IMG/VR virus record: IMGVR_UViG_3300046011_006126 | Span: 1-57,617 of that record | Source of the DNA: a virus | Lineage: Duplodnaviria > Caudoviricetes | Reading direction: 5' to 3' (one strand) | DNA: 57,617 nt | Shown: one piece after another, positions 1 through 10,800 of the stretch | How the letters are laid out: every line of letters begins with the position of its first letter | How positions within the stretch are numbered: position 1 is the stretch's first letter | Made by a program: the position numbers and the translations under genes | The notes under the pieces: model-generated | What the model was told of the DNA's origin: nothing | Database searches by the model: none | Seen by the model: the letters and a program-made list of their open reading frames with translations, nothing else

Positions 1-56
1 AGGAATACCTGCCAGAAGCACGGGCGGCAATTGCTAAGGCATTAGGAAGTTGGTGA
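1..56 (+). CDS. 3' end of a small hypothetical phage protein that starts at 57428 and crosses the contig junction
   Basis: Joining 57617 to 1 gives in-frame ...SNFEEYLPEARAAIAKALGSW* with TGA at 54-56, just before the ATG at 60. Confidence 0.75.
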   Translation, partial: EYLPEARAAIAKALGSW

Positions 57-59
57 TTT

Positions 60-449
60 ATGAGCATTGAAAGAGAGTTATTGAAATCTGTTTGTGATGT
101 ATTAGCAAGCGCACGACTTGGTAATATTGAAGATATTGAAGTTTTAAACTCTATTTATATCGAACTGGCAAAGCCTGAGCCTGAGCCTGTGGCGTGGCTA
201 TGGCAGTCTGACAACTACGCTACCACGTTTAGCCAAAGGATTTTCCAATACAAGCTAGAAGCCGATCAAATGATTATTAGGCACTCAGGTAAACTTTATC
301 CGCTTTACACATCACCACCAGCCCGCAAGTCGCTAAGTGATGATGAAATAGACAGCATAAAATTTTATCAAATTTCTAGTGATTTTGACGCCGCATTGCG
401 CAGATTTGCAAGAGCCATCGAAAAAGCCCACGGAATAGGTGAACAATGA
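60..449 (+). CDS. Hypothetical phage early protein (PVAW...PLYTSPP motif family)
   Basis: 129 aa ORF with EPVAW and YPLYTSPP motifs common in small prophage early proteins; ATGA-coupled to next gene. Confidence 0.75.
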   Translation: MSIERELLKSVCDVLASARLGNIEDIEVLNSIYIELAKPEPEPVAWLWQSDNYATTFSQRIFQYKLEADQMIIRHSGKLYPLYTSPPARKSLSDDEIDSIKFYQISSDFDAALRRFARAIEKAHGIGEQ

Positions 450-673
450 AAACAGTTGATGCGCTTTACCAGCAGTTTGGAACCAAGTTTGTAAATGTAG
501 TCGAGTATGCTCGTGCTTACTGTGGCTTGAATGACGAAAAAAACATTATCAGGCTTGCGAATGAAGGCAAGCTTGGTGTTAAGGCGTTTAAAGCATACGA
601 AGGGAACAAAGCCCCGATGTTGGTCGATATTGAACACGTTGCGGCTTTTTTGGATAGCAAATCCAAGGGTTAG
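446..673 (+). CDS. PrtN-family DNA-binding protein, probable excisionase/recombination directionality factor
   Basis: 75 aa, PrtN-like pattern (LYQQFG...ANEGKL...K APMLVDIEHVAAFLD); directly before attP and int. Confidence 0.65.
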   Translation: MKTVDALYQQFGTKFVNVVEYARAYCGLNDEKNIIRLANEGKLGVKAFKAYEGNKAPMLVDIEHVAAFLDSKSKG

Positions 674-678
674 ACCGC

Positions 679-801
679 CTATAGTACGCCTGGGCATGCT
701 TGAAAGCCCAGTAAGCATGGGTGGTCGATCCAATCCAGCATGGGCGCTACACAAAACCGCCTACTGATTTGATTAGGATTTATTAGGGTTTGTTCTGTCA
801 T
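679..801 (-). other. dusA (5' fragment): attP region carrying a replacement 5' end of host dusA (tRNA-dihydrouridine synthase A)
   Basis: Minus-strand ATG at 801 gives MTEQTLINPNQISRRFCVAPMLDWIDH...; RFxVAPMLDW is the conserved DusA N-terminus; similarity ends near 725 and a stop follows at 679-681; TATAAT at 823-818 upstream. Confidence 0.85.
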
Positions 802-864
802 TTTTTACTGTATTTAGATTATAGTGGTACGCCCTGAAGCCGCCCGACCTTTTTAGGCGTACCA
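682..864. promoter_or_regulatory. Putative integrase arm-type binding sites T(A/G)GTACGCC
   Basis: TAGTACGCC 682-690, TGGTACGCC 825-833 and its reverse complement GGCGTACCA 856-864 flank the dusA-like core. Confidence 0.55.
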
Positions 865-867
865 AAA

Positions 868-1872
868 ATGGCAACAATAACCAAAAGACCAAGAGCAAAC
901 GGAACAGTAGTTTACCGCGCTGAGATAGTTATAAAGAAAAGTGGCGTAATTGTTCATCGAGATAGCAAGACATTCGACAAAGCAAAGCTGGCCCGTGACT
1001 GGGCAGCAAGGCGAGAAATCGAATTACAAGAAAGCAGCGTATATCAAAAGAATGCTTTTTTACCACTGTCTAAAGTTATCGAAGAATACATCAAGCAATT
1101 TAAGCCACAAGGCAGATCAAAAGTATTTGACCTGAACAAGCTCCAAACACGCGACATTGCAAGGCTTGATGTAAACACACTAACAGCCAGGGACTTGATA
1201 AAGCATGTCAGAGAGCGAAATAAAGAGTGCCAGCCTCAGACAGCTAACAATGACCTGATCTGGATAGGCACTGTCATTAGAACCATGTCGGGAGTCATCA
1301 GCATCAATACCAACATGGGTATCTTTGACGCTGCCCGAGAAGTGCTGAGGCGCGAAGGATTGATCGCTAAGTCATCGAGTCGTGAAAGACTGCCGACTAA
1401 AGATGAATTGTGGAAACTATCACGCCACCTGCACGGGAAACCGGCATTTTCTGTGATGTGGTTTGCTTTGTACTCAGCCAGGAGAATATCGGAAATCACG
1501 CGCATTGATTGGGATGACATAGACCACAATAAGCGCACCTGCATCATTCGGGATTTGAAAGATCCACGAAAGAAAGGCGTTACAAAGAAATGCAAAATAC
1601 CGATTTCGGCTTACAAAGTGATTCTGCGCTACGGTAACAAGAAAGGCCGGATATTTCCCTATCATTCTAAAACCATCGGAAAGTATTTCACGGACGCTTG
1701 CAAGTTGCTAGGCATTAAAGACCTGCACTTCCACGACCTGCGACATGCCGCCACGACTCACCTATTTAGTAAGGGGTTGTCTATTCAGCAAGTGCAGCAG
1801 GTTACGCTGCACTCGACCTGGCAGACGCTACAGCGATACTGCAACCTAAACCCTGATGATTTGGACATATAA
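868..1872 (+). CDS. int: Tyrosine recombinase/integrase (dusA-associated, Rci-related type)
   Basis: SARRISE (catalytic R), FHDLRH, LHSTW..L.RY catalytic motifs; MATITKR...YRAEI N-terminus; adjacent to dusA fragment. Confidence 0.95.
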   Translation: MATITKRPRANGTVVYRAEIVIKKSGVIVHRDSKTFDKAKLARDWAARREIELQESSVYQKNAFLPLSKVIEEYIKQFKPQGRSKVFDLNKLQTRDIARLDVNTLTARDLIKHVRERNKECQPQTANNDLIWIGTVIRTMSGVISINTNMGIFDAAREVLRREGLIAKSSSRERLPTKDELWKLSRHLHGKPAFSVMWFALYSARRISEITRIDWDDIDHNKRTCIIRDLKDPRKKGVTKKCKIPISAYKVILRYGNKKGRIFPYHSKTIGKYFTDACKLLGIKDLHFHDLRHAATTHLFSKGLSIQQVQQVTLHSTWQTLQRYCNLNPDDLDI

Positions 1873-1884
1873 AAACCGGAATGA

Positions 1885-4800
1885 TTACTTAAACTCCCTC
1901 ATTTTCTTGTTGAACGCTTTCATTTCATCGGTGATTTCCTGGTTGACCTCTTTAACCAGCGACTTGGAAACGCCTTCTTGAATCATCATCAATCGCTTGT
2001 CTTTCAGTTTTCCAATTACTTTTTCAGCAACATTGCCTTCAATCATCATGTCCATGGCATTCGGATTTTGCTTTTCAAAGTCATCGATTGATTTGCCCTC
2101 TTTAATCCGGCCTTTAATTTCATTCTCAGCAATGTTTGATTTCAGCAAGTTCTCATAATACTGATCAGACTGCCCTGCTTGGCCGCGTGTGTTTCCATAC
2201 AATCTACCGGCTAACGGTATTTTGTAGGCTGGAAGCTCTTCATTGCTGAATGGCGATGCCAGTACCTCGGCTGTTTTGCTTACCTCACGACCGATACCGC
2301 CAGTCAATTGACCGATTACAAAGTCAATCTGATCAGGTGTTGGTGATAATGCGCCTGGTGCATAATCAGTGCCGCCCGTAGCTGCATTTGCAAACCATGC
2401 AGCACCTTTCCCCCACGGTGTCGCTGTTGCTTTGGAACGCTTAAATCCTGGTGATGGATCAAGGTTTGAAAAATCCTCTCGATAAATCTTTTTACCGGTC
2501 CAGTCTTTATTCTCCCAAAGCGATACAACAGGATCTAGGACTGTTGGCGTAAGCATCTGAGAAAAGCTGCTTGATGATCCCATGGGGTTAAATGCGTCAG
2601 CAATCACACCCGCCAAGCTTGCCATGCGTTTACCCATGTCCTTGCCGCCATCTGCTGCAACCTCGACCGCTATGCGGCCAATATTGGGCAGGAAATTGAA
2701 TCCTAATGGCATAGGGATAGTTAGATAGTCCTCGCCACTGATCGGGATAATAATGGAGCGTTCTTTAATGAACTCGGGTATTTTCTCCCAGTTATCGTCA
2801 TCGCCGCCGCCCATCATCGCCATACCAACCATGGCATTGATTGCGCCCAGCATAATGCCGCCCGTCATGATCTTTTTGCCGGCAGGACCGGATAAAGTTT
2901 CATTCATGCGCGTGGTGCCTTGCAAAGCAGCGTTGAAGAACGCATACAGTGCGCCAAGCTCTCTAGTCTGGCGACCTTTCCGGTTAAAGTTTACCGTCAG
3001 GTTTTTGGCCATTACCGCCGCACGCTCTTTGGTCATGCCATTATCACGGCCTGTTTTGTACGCGGCCAATCTAACAGAATTCTCCATGGCTTCGTTGTAA
3101 TCACTCAACCAATCGGTAATGGCATGAGCCGCTTTGCTGATTTTCCCGCGATCCAATGACTCAATCTCTTTCAGCAACTCTTTGCTTCTGTCCTCTGGAT
3201 TCAGGAACAAGTCACGGTAGCCGGTTGTTCCGCCAACAGTTTCAAATTCGTTATACAGTCTTGCCCACGGTCCAGATTTTGGCATTCTTCCGTTGTTTTT
3301 CAGAACCTCATTCAAGATAGTCATTGTATGCGCCATCACTTCAGACTGGTGTCCAGCCATGCGCGTAGTGCTTAGATTTAATGCGCCTGTTTGTACATCA
3401 CGCATCAAGTTGATAACGCCAAAGATAGGATTGTACTGAGTGTTGACCGATGCCAGCCAGCGCGTACCCTTGCCAATGAACGGAATGATGTAATGCAGGT
3501 CATCAACGTCCAGGTTTTTCATGGCTTGCGCCAGTCGTGCAGCACCAGGATTGTTCTCGTTAAAAACAATCGCGGTATCCTTGCCTGCAATTCTAAGCAT
3601 CAGCACGTTTGGCCGTTGCTTGAATAGTGGATCTACTGTAGTTCTTGCAAAACCATGCTTATCCAGCACCTTGATAGTGGGTACTTTGTCGGTTTTCCAA
3701 TAGTCTGGCAATGGGTTTTGCCGCGCCATCAGGTACAGCCGCTTCATGACGCTGTTTTTCTCGCCCCTAGTAAGTGCTGATTCGCGCTGCATGGCGATAT
3801 GTCCAAGGATATGCGTCACCTTGGCATTGCTACCTACACGACTACGGCTTGCATCACCCTTGGTGCTAAAGCCCTGGCCGATTGGGTGGCTATTGCTATC
3901 GGGGTGCGCTTCATCCCTGTGCAGCGGTATGTAGTGCTTGTATGAACTGCGCCATGCGTCGAGTGATTCTCTTGACTGCAATCCATATCGCTCCAATTCA
4001 TCCAATGTTTTGGTGGTGATGGCATCAACCTGGATAGCCAATGCTTCCATCTGTATCCGTTTGCCTGGTGACAGGTTATTGATAACCATGCTCGCTTCTG
4101 CGTCGGACATGCCAGACAACGATAGACGCTCTTGCTCGGTACCTTTGAAGGCTTGCGTACCTTGCCACTTCGCTTTCTCTTGCTGAGCGACTTCCAGCGC
4201 ATCATTCAGCGACTTGGTTGCGCTGCCGTTTTTACGCGCCAGGAGTAGCTTGCCTTGCAAATCGATAACAGCGTCTTTGGTGCGTTGCTGCTCTGTGTCT
4301 ATTTCATCCCTGCTTGGATTGCGCTTTGCCATTTCCGCATTGGCTTCCGGTGCGTGTCTGGCGTGCAGGAATCGTTCAAACTCTTCGATACTAATGTTGT
4401 TGTTGCGTAATCCAGCCAGCAAGGGCTTCAGTTCATCATTTAAAAAGTCTTTGGTACGCTTAGCCAATCTGCCGTGATAGCGGGTTTCGCCCTCATAAGC
4501 GTCATTCAAATCGCTGACTGTGCCGCCAATGTTTTTGATATGGTCGCGTAATCGTTTCAGGTCGATGTATTTATCCTGAAACTCGTAGATCAGTTTGTCG
4601 ATAGTTTCGGGGCTTGTCAGGTCTTGCAGCTTTGCGCGTAGGCTGCCGATAACTCCTGGTGTGTTACTTGTTAGGTTTCCGCGTGAAAGCCTAATATCTG
4701 GATTGCTAGGATTAAATTCGCCTGTGTTGCTAATCGCTGATTTTATATTTGTTGAGCTTATGACCGCATACTGTGTAGATCTCCAATTTCCTCCCCACCC

Positions 4801-7800
4801 AGGAACGGGTGAATCGTTCATGTTTTTAATTATGACTCCATCTTTTTTTTGCTTTGCTGCCTTTTCAACCAATGAGTATGGGGATTTCGACATAGGGATT
4901 TTGTCGTAACTGTTACCTTTAGCATCAAACTCTATTGCCGATTCAATCTTCAAATAAACAGGGTAAACTGTTTTTCCAGACTTCCAGTAGTCTCCGTCTT
5001 TTGCCTTTATCGGACCATTGTTTTGTCGTGGCGCAGCGGCCAGCGCCCAACCTGATGCAGTAGAAGGGTCATCTGTAAAGAAATGTGCTTTGCTTTTTCC
5101 TGCTCCAATAGTATGTCCTGCTGATTCAATGCCTGACTTAAATTCATAAAAATCAGCATTGGTGCCATGATAAACCACCAACGGCCTACCACTCTCATCC
5201 ACCACTTTAGAATCACCAAACCACCGCCAGAAGTTTTCAACGCCTTCGACGGTGGGGTGTATCGCTTGGCCGTTGCTGTTCAGCGTTGACCGCTCAACAC
5301 CGTCCACGGTAATCGTGGTCTGTCCTTCGGGTAATGGGGTTTGCGTGGTAGTTGGCATATTGCCGCGCGAAAGGAGCGAGTCTAGTCCACTTCTGGCCAA
5401 CCCATCGACGGTTTCAAGTTTTCGAAGTATTTTGGATTTCTCGCTTGGCGAGCTTGATGCAATGGACTTGAGGACAATAGCTCTACGCAGCGTGCTTTCG
5501 CCTGCGCGTATATTTCTTGCTGCTTCCGAAGCTGCGATACCGTCAAGCCAACTTCCTTCGCGAATTCTTCCGAAGTCTGAGGTGTAATGTCCAGTATTGA
5601 AGTCATATCGTGTACTCCTGATTGCAGGTACGTTTTTCTCTACTGTCGAGACTATGGTATCGATCAGATTAAGAATGTTTTGTTCGTAACTTTCGCCCCA
5701 TTGTAGCGGTTTAACACCTTTGCTGGTATCGCCTTTTGCTTGTTCTGGTGATGACCCTAGAAAATCAGTGCTTTTAAATTTTAGCGCAAGTGACAGCATT
5801 GCGTTTGTGCGACGCAGCACAGCATCAGCAGAAAGCCCTGATGGATCGCCAATAAATTGCTGGCCAGAGTTATGAGCATAATTGCCGACCGCTGCATAAA
5901 TGGCGCTGCCATATCCGCCTTGTTTTAAGTTGCTGACATCAATCCATATCTTACCGTTTTCCTCAAATACCCAAAACCTGCGGCCTGTTGGCGTATCAAA
6001 TACAGTTATCTTCTTGCCAGCGCCAAAGTTGTCGTAGGCATACGTTGCCTTTGGAAAAACCTCGCCCATGATCCCGAGCAAATCCTTCTTGCCGCTGACT
6101 GGGTGGCGAAAAACATCATCATCCTTGGTAATTTCATGAAGAACATTGAGTGTCGTTGCCTCTGTAGTCGATAGCCTGGTATCCCAGCTATCATCCCGGC
6201 TATTTGTTTTAACGTAATCCCTTGCCGCCTTAACCAACTCAGCCGCGTACAGTTGCGCCTTGGTTTCGTTGCTGGTCAGCATATCCGCCACGCGGCTAAA
6301 GCCATGAGAGCGGAACCAGTCAGCCATTTTTTGCACGATTCCGCGCCAGCCTTTCAATCCCGCCAACTCGTCGGCAGTCATGTCGGCCAATACTTCTTCA
6401 GTAGCTACCGCATCAGATACCGGGCTTTGCTTTTGGTATTGGGTGGCAAGCTTGCGAACCTTGGCATTATCCCGGTAAATCTTGTTCATTTCCCGATTCA
6501 AGCCATCGCCCAGCACGCCACGCAAACCAATATGCGTAAGCTCATGCTCTGCAAGCACAAACTCAGCACGGTCTATATTGGCTAAGTTATTGGCGAAAAG
6601 GTAAATCTCGCCATTATGCATCGCGCCTTCGACGGTTTCACTCGCGCCTTGCGCAGCGACAATATCTTGCAATGCTTTGGGTGCCTGGTCGATGCTTTCC
6701 AGCACGCGCACTGTGGGCAGTCCTTTGTACTCGCCAGCCACCTTATCAACCAACTTTTGCAGATTATTGACCGGTATGCCTTGCGATATGGTGGATTTAT
6801 TGCCCTTTGATAGAAATGAACCGGACCAAAGCGGGAATCCCATTTCTGCCGCGGCTGTGTCTCCTACAATGGCATCAAGCACGTTTATATCAATGCCCTT
6901 CAAAAACGCGCCGATATTCTGATATTGCGGCGACTTAACCTCTCCTGATGGATCGAAGATGATGGCCGATGCAGTATTTGATACGGATAATGCCCTGTAT
7001 ATAGCCTCCATCATGCCGGTGTTTTTAACTTTGGCCATTTGCTCGGGGCTGATAGCCACAAAGCCTACCGGATAGTTCTGGTTATCCAGCAAGACAATAC
7101 CTGTCTCACCATTGGCAACCTGGGCAGCAATTCTTTTCGCCTTGTCTGGATTTGTAATATCCATGCCGAGCTTTTCATCAGCAACAATCACCCTATCAAC
7201 CACGGGTATTTTCATCACAGGATCTAGTCTTGCGACCCTGCCAGAATCATAATCATCGCTTGATGGGTTTGGATTTTCGTAGGTGTAAAACCCTTTTGGC
7301 GTAGTGGCAAGAATGCCATTTACCTTGATGTTTGTACCGTCAAACGCTGCCTGTATTTTTTGGGTTATGTTCCTGTCTGCATTTGATAGATCAGGCTTGC
7401 CGCTTGGATGGTTATGCACCAGCCACAAATTAGCAGCGCCTTTGATCCTGAAGGCTTCCCCGGTGATTACGGCAGGGTAAACGCTTGCGCCATCAATCGT
7501 GCCTTTGAATGAGCCAACTACCGCCAGCGGCTTGTTGTCTTTGTCGGTTACGATTGCATAGAATCGCTCAACAGCACTAACACCTAAGTCAACAATTGCC
7601 GCCGCGGCATCCCTTGGCGTTTCAATTTTTTCGACACCAATCAGCTTTGTCGTTTCTGAAACAACAGCGGTGCGGGTTGAGAATCTGCCGATTGACTCGT
7701 CTTGTGTTCGTAGCTTTTTGGTGGCGACCACGTTCCGCTTGTTTGCGGGTTGCTGGTTAATCTCTCCTGTTTTCTCAGGTAAAGAATCACCGAACAAGTC

Positions 7801-10800
7801 TTTTTGGTATTCATTGCTATACCTCGCTTTAGGTGTCTCAACATCAACAGACTTTCCCCCAAGCAACTCTACTACAGGGCGTGAGTCAGTGAAACGCTTG
7901 AATGCTTCAATACTATCTATCGGCAAAAAGAATCGATCCTGAAACTGAATGCGCTCAACAAATCCGCCTTGGTTTTTGAAGATGGATTTATCAGCCTCAG
8001 AAAACCAGCCTTTTGGGATTACCTCTAGTCTAGGCTCATAATTGACCATTGCCTTTTTAATGGCGTACCCATTGCCCAATATAGCGGTTGCGCCTGCCTT
8101 GATCCTCGCAATGATTGCATCGGCAGATAGTTTGCTGACACCTGAATCAAGCCCCAGGTTTTTCAGTGTTTTTGCAGCGTCGTCACTATCTAAAAATCTA
8201 CCCAGCAATTGCTCGCCGTCATCCGTCATCATGCGATAGATGGTCGCTGACCCAACAACTCGATCCCAAATCGGCAAAATGACACCTACCAGCATACGGC
8301 CTTTGACAGTTCTTGTTTTTGGCGCTACCTCGACATTGCTTTCCCATAACGCCTTTGCTTCAGCGTCACTAAGCTTTTTGTACAAATCCATTTTTTGATA
8401 GCGGCCCTGGTGAGTCTTGTAATCCCAGCCACGTTCGATCACTTCCGCGTCGTCGATGTAAGACGCTGACCCGTCCACAATGCCATATATTGTGCCTCTG
8501 TGGGTGGTCTTACCTTCAGAGTCAATACGAGTGCCGCGGTTACGCATCATAAACACTTGGCCTTTACGCCTTCCTTGCAGCACTTCATAAAATCCGCTGA
8601 ATTCTTTTCTATCCTCAAGTTCTTGTTTCATGGCCTTAACATCAGACCATGATCTGTAATCAATATCATTGACCGCATCCACTTCGACGTAGCGGGTAAT
8701 GGTCCCGGTTTTTTTGTCGGTGTACGCCACATCATCACGGGTTTTTACAATGCTTTTTGCTGTGAGTGTTTTCATGCCGTCATCATAAAACCCTCTCTGT
8801 TTGGCATACTCAATGGCTTCAATCATGCGCTGCTCAAACGCATCAAACACTTTATTCTGAATGTCTGTTTTAAGTGACAGCATTCTGTTAAGGAACTGCG
8901 GGATTGTCGGAACTTTGTTGCGGGAGAACTGGCCAGTATCCTTGTCTTTTAAGTTAAGCCCCATTTGGCCGGTGGTTTCCTCAAAATCCAAGCCAGGAAT
9001 ACGGCCTGCCGCTAGATCCTGAAAGAAATTATCCAAGCCAGTGCTAGCATATTCACTTTCCAGGTTATCACTCGCGCCAAACATACCCTGGGTATTGGCA
9101 TCACGAGAGCCTTTGGTTAATGCGCCCAACTGATCCAGTCGTCTTGCTACTGTTGAGATAAAGCGTTTTTGCGCTTTCATGTTCAGCACTGGCAAGATGT
9201 AATGCGGTGGTTGTGCTTGATTGGTCCGGTGTGACCGGCCAAACCCTTGAACCGCTGAATCAGCACGCCAGCCAGCTTGTAAAATGTAATGGATGCGCTT
9301 GCGTCTGTTCTTTGCTGTGTTGTCGGCATGGAATGAAAACCCGGTACCGCCCGCGCCTGAGAATACCAAGATTTGTTTTTTATCATCCTGGAAGGCTTCA
9401 GCATCCTTTTCAGATGATGTTTTGCCTAATTTTTCCTCAACAACTTTTAAGTTGCCCTCTTTATCGCGTGTTTGCACAAAGCGTCGACCGCGGCCTGTAA
9501 CCTCTGCGACATTGGCCGAGCCAAAGGTATTGATAATTTCGTCCAGCGGGTTGCCTGGTACGCGAATCTGCTTCAATGTCTCGATCAATTTATCACGCAT
9601 AGCGACCGCTTCAGCATTGAATACCGGGTTGCCATTGGAGTCAGTAGCAGGCACCGATATGATATTGCCGTTGTCGTCAGTTCCTTCGATAAATTGCTGC
9701 ACAGGAAAACCGGTCCTGATGTAATCCATCAGCATTTCACGCGGCGTAAAATCCAAGTCCTCCAGCTCGATTTCGTTGGCTACCGCATCGGCTACCATAC
9801 GCTCTTGCGCTGCCTCATTGGTGTTGACCAATTGAATCAGTACCGCATTGCCGTCATTAAGCTGTTTGTTGATGCTCTCTAAAACAGAAGGCATCGACAT
9901 GGTAGTGATGATTTGCCCAAAGAACCGCAACTGAGCGCCCCAAAACCGCGACATGGTTGCGCCCTTGGCATCGCCATTGCTTCCTTGGTTGGTGGCTTCC
10001 AGCGCCTCAGTGATATTGTTTAAAACAATCTGCCAAGCCCCGGCCAGTTCGTTGTAAATATCTTCTTGCAGGTCCGTTAACTCATGCTCAAGCCGTTCAT
10101 AGGTAACACCGTCATACGACAGTGATCGAGCAATGTACATGCCCATGGCTTTCATATCCCGGCTAATCAACTCCATGGCAGCAATACCGCCCTGGCTCAT
10201 GTTGTTGATAAATGCCGATGGATTGGCAAATGGCGTGCCTTCACCCCATAGCCCCAGGCGATTAGCGTAAGTCAGGTTGCTGATTTCGGTAGCGCCGGTA
10301 GCTGACACATACACCACTCTCGCATTAGGTAAGGCGTTTTGCAGCTCAATACCCGCTAAAGCCTGCGCCGATGGCTTTTTGTTTCCCCGCTTGCCTTTCA
10401 TGGCAATAGCGTTGCCCATTGAGTGTGCTTCATCGAACGCAATCACACCGTCAAAGTCAGGACCAAGCCAATCAATAATTTGTTGCACTCGGGATTTGCC
10501 CGCCTCTTGACCAAGATCGGTGGCTTTCTTTTTCTCGCCGCCCCTTAGTGTGGTGTAAGGCACGAACAAGATCCCTTTATCGCGTTTCAATTCATCCTTG
10601 GCGCTGCCTGGTGCAAATATCAAAGCAGGATCGCCACCAACACCTTCAAAGTCTCGCTTGGCATCCTTCATCAATCCTTTATTGAAGGATACCCATATTG
10701 CTTTATCTCGGCCTTGTTGCAAGTTATCCAGGATAATGCCGGATATTTCCCGGCCCTTGCCGACCCCTGTGCCGTCCCCCACAAAAAAGCCTCGACGGAA

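Noticed and set aside
368-767. ORFs 368-754 (-) and 531-767 (+) across attP
   Set aside because: They overlap real genes in other frames; the meaningful frame is the dusA-like one starting at 801.
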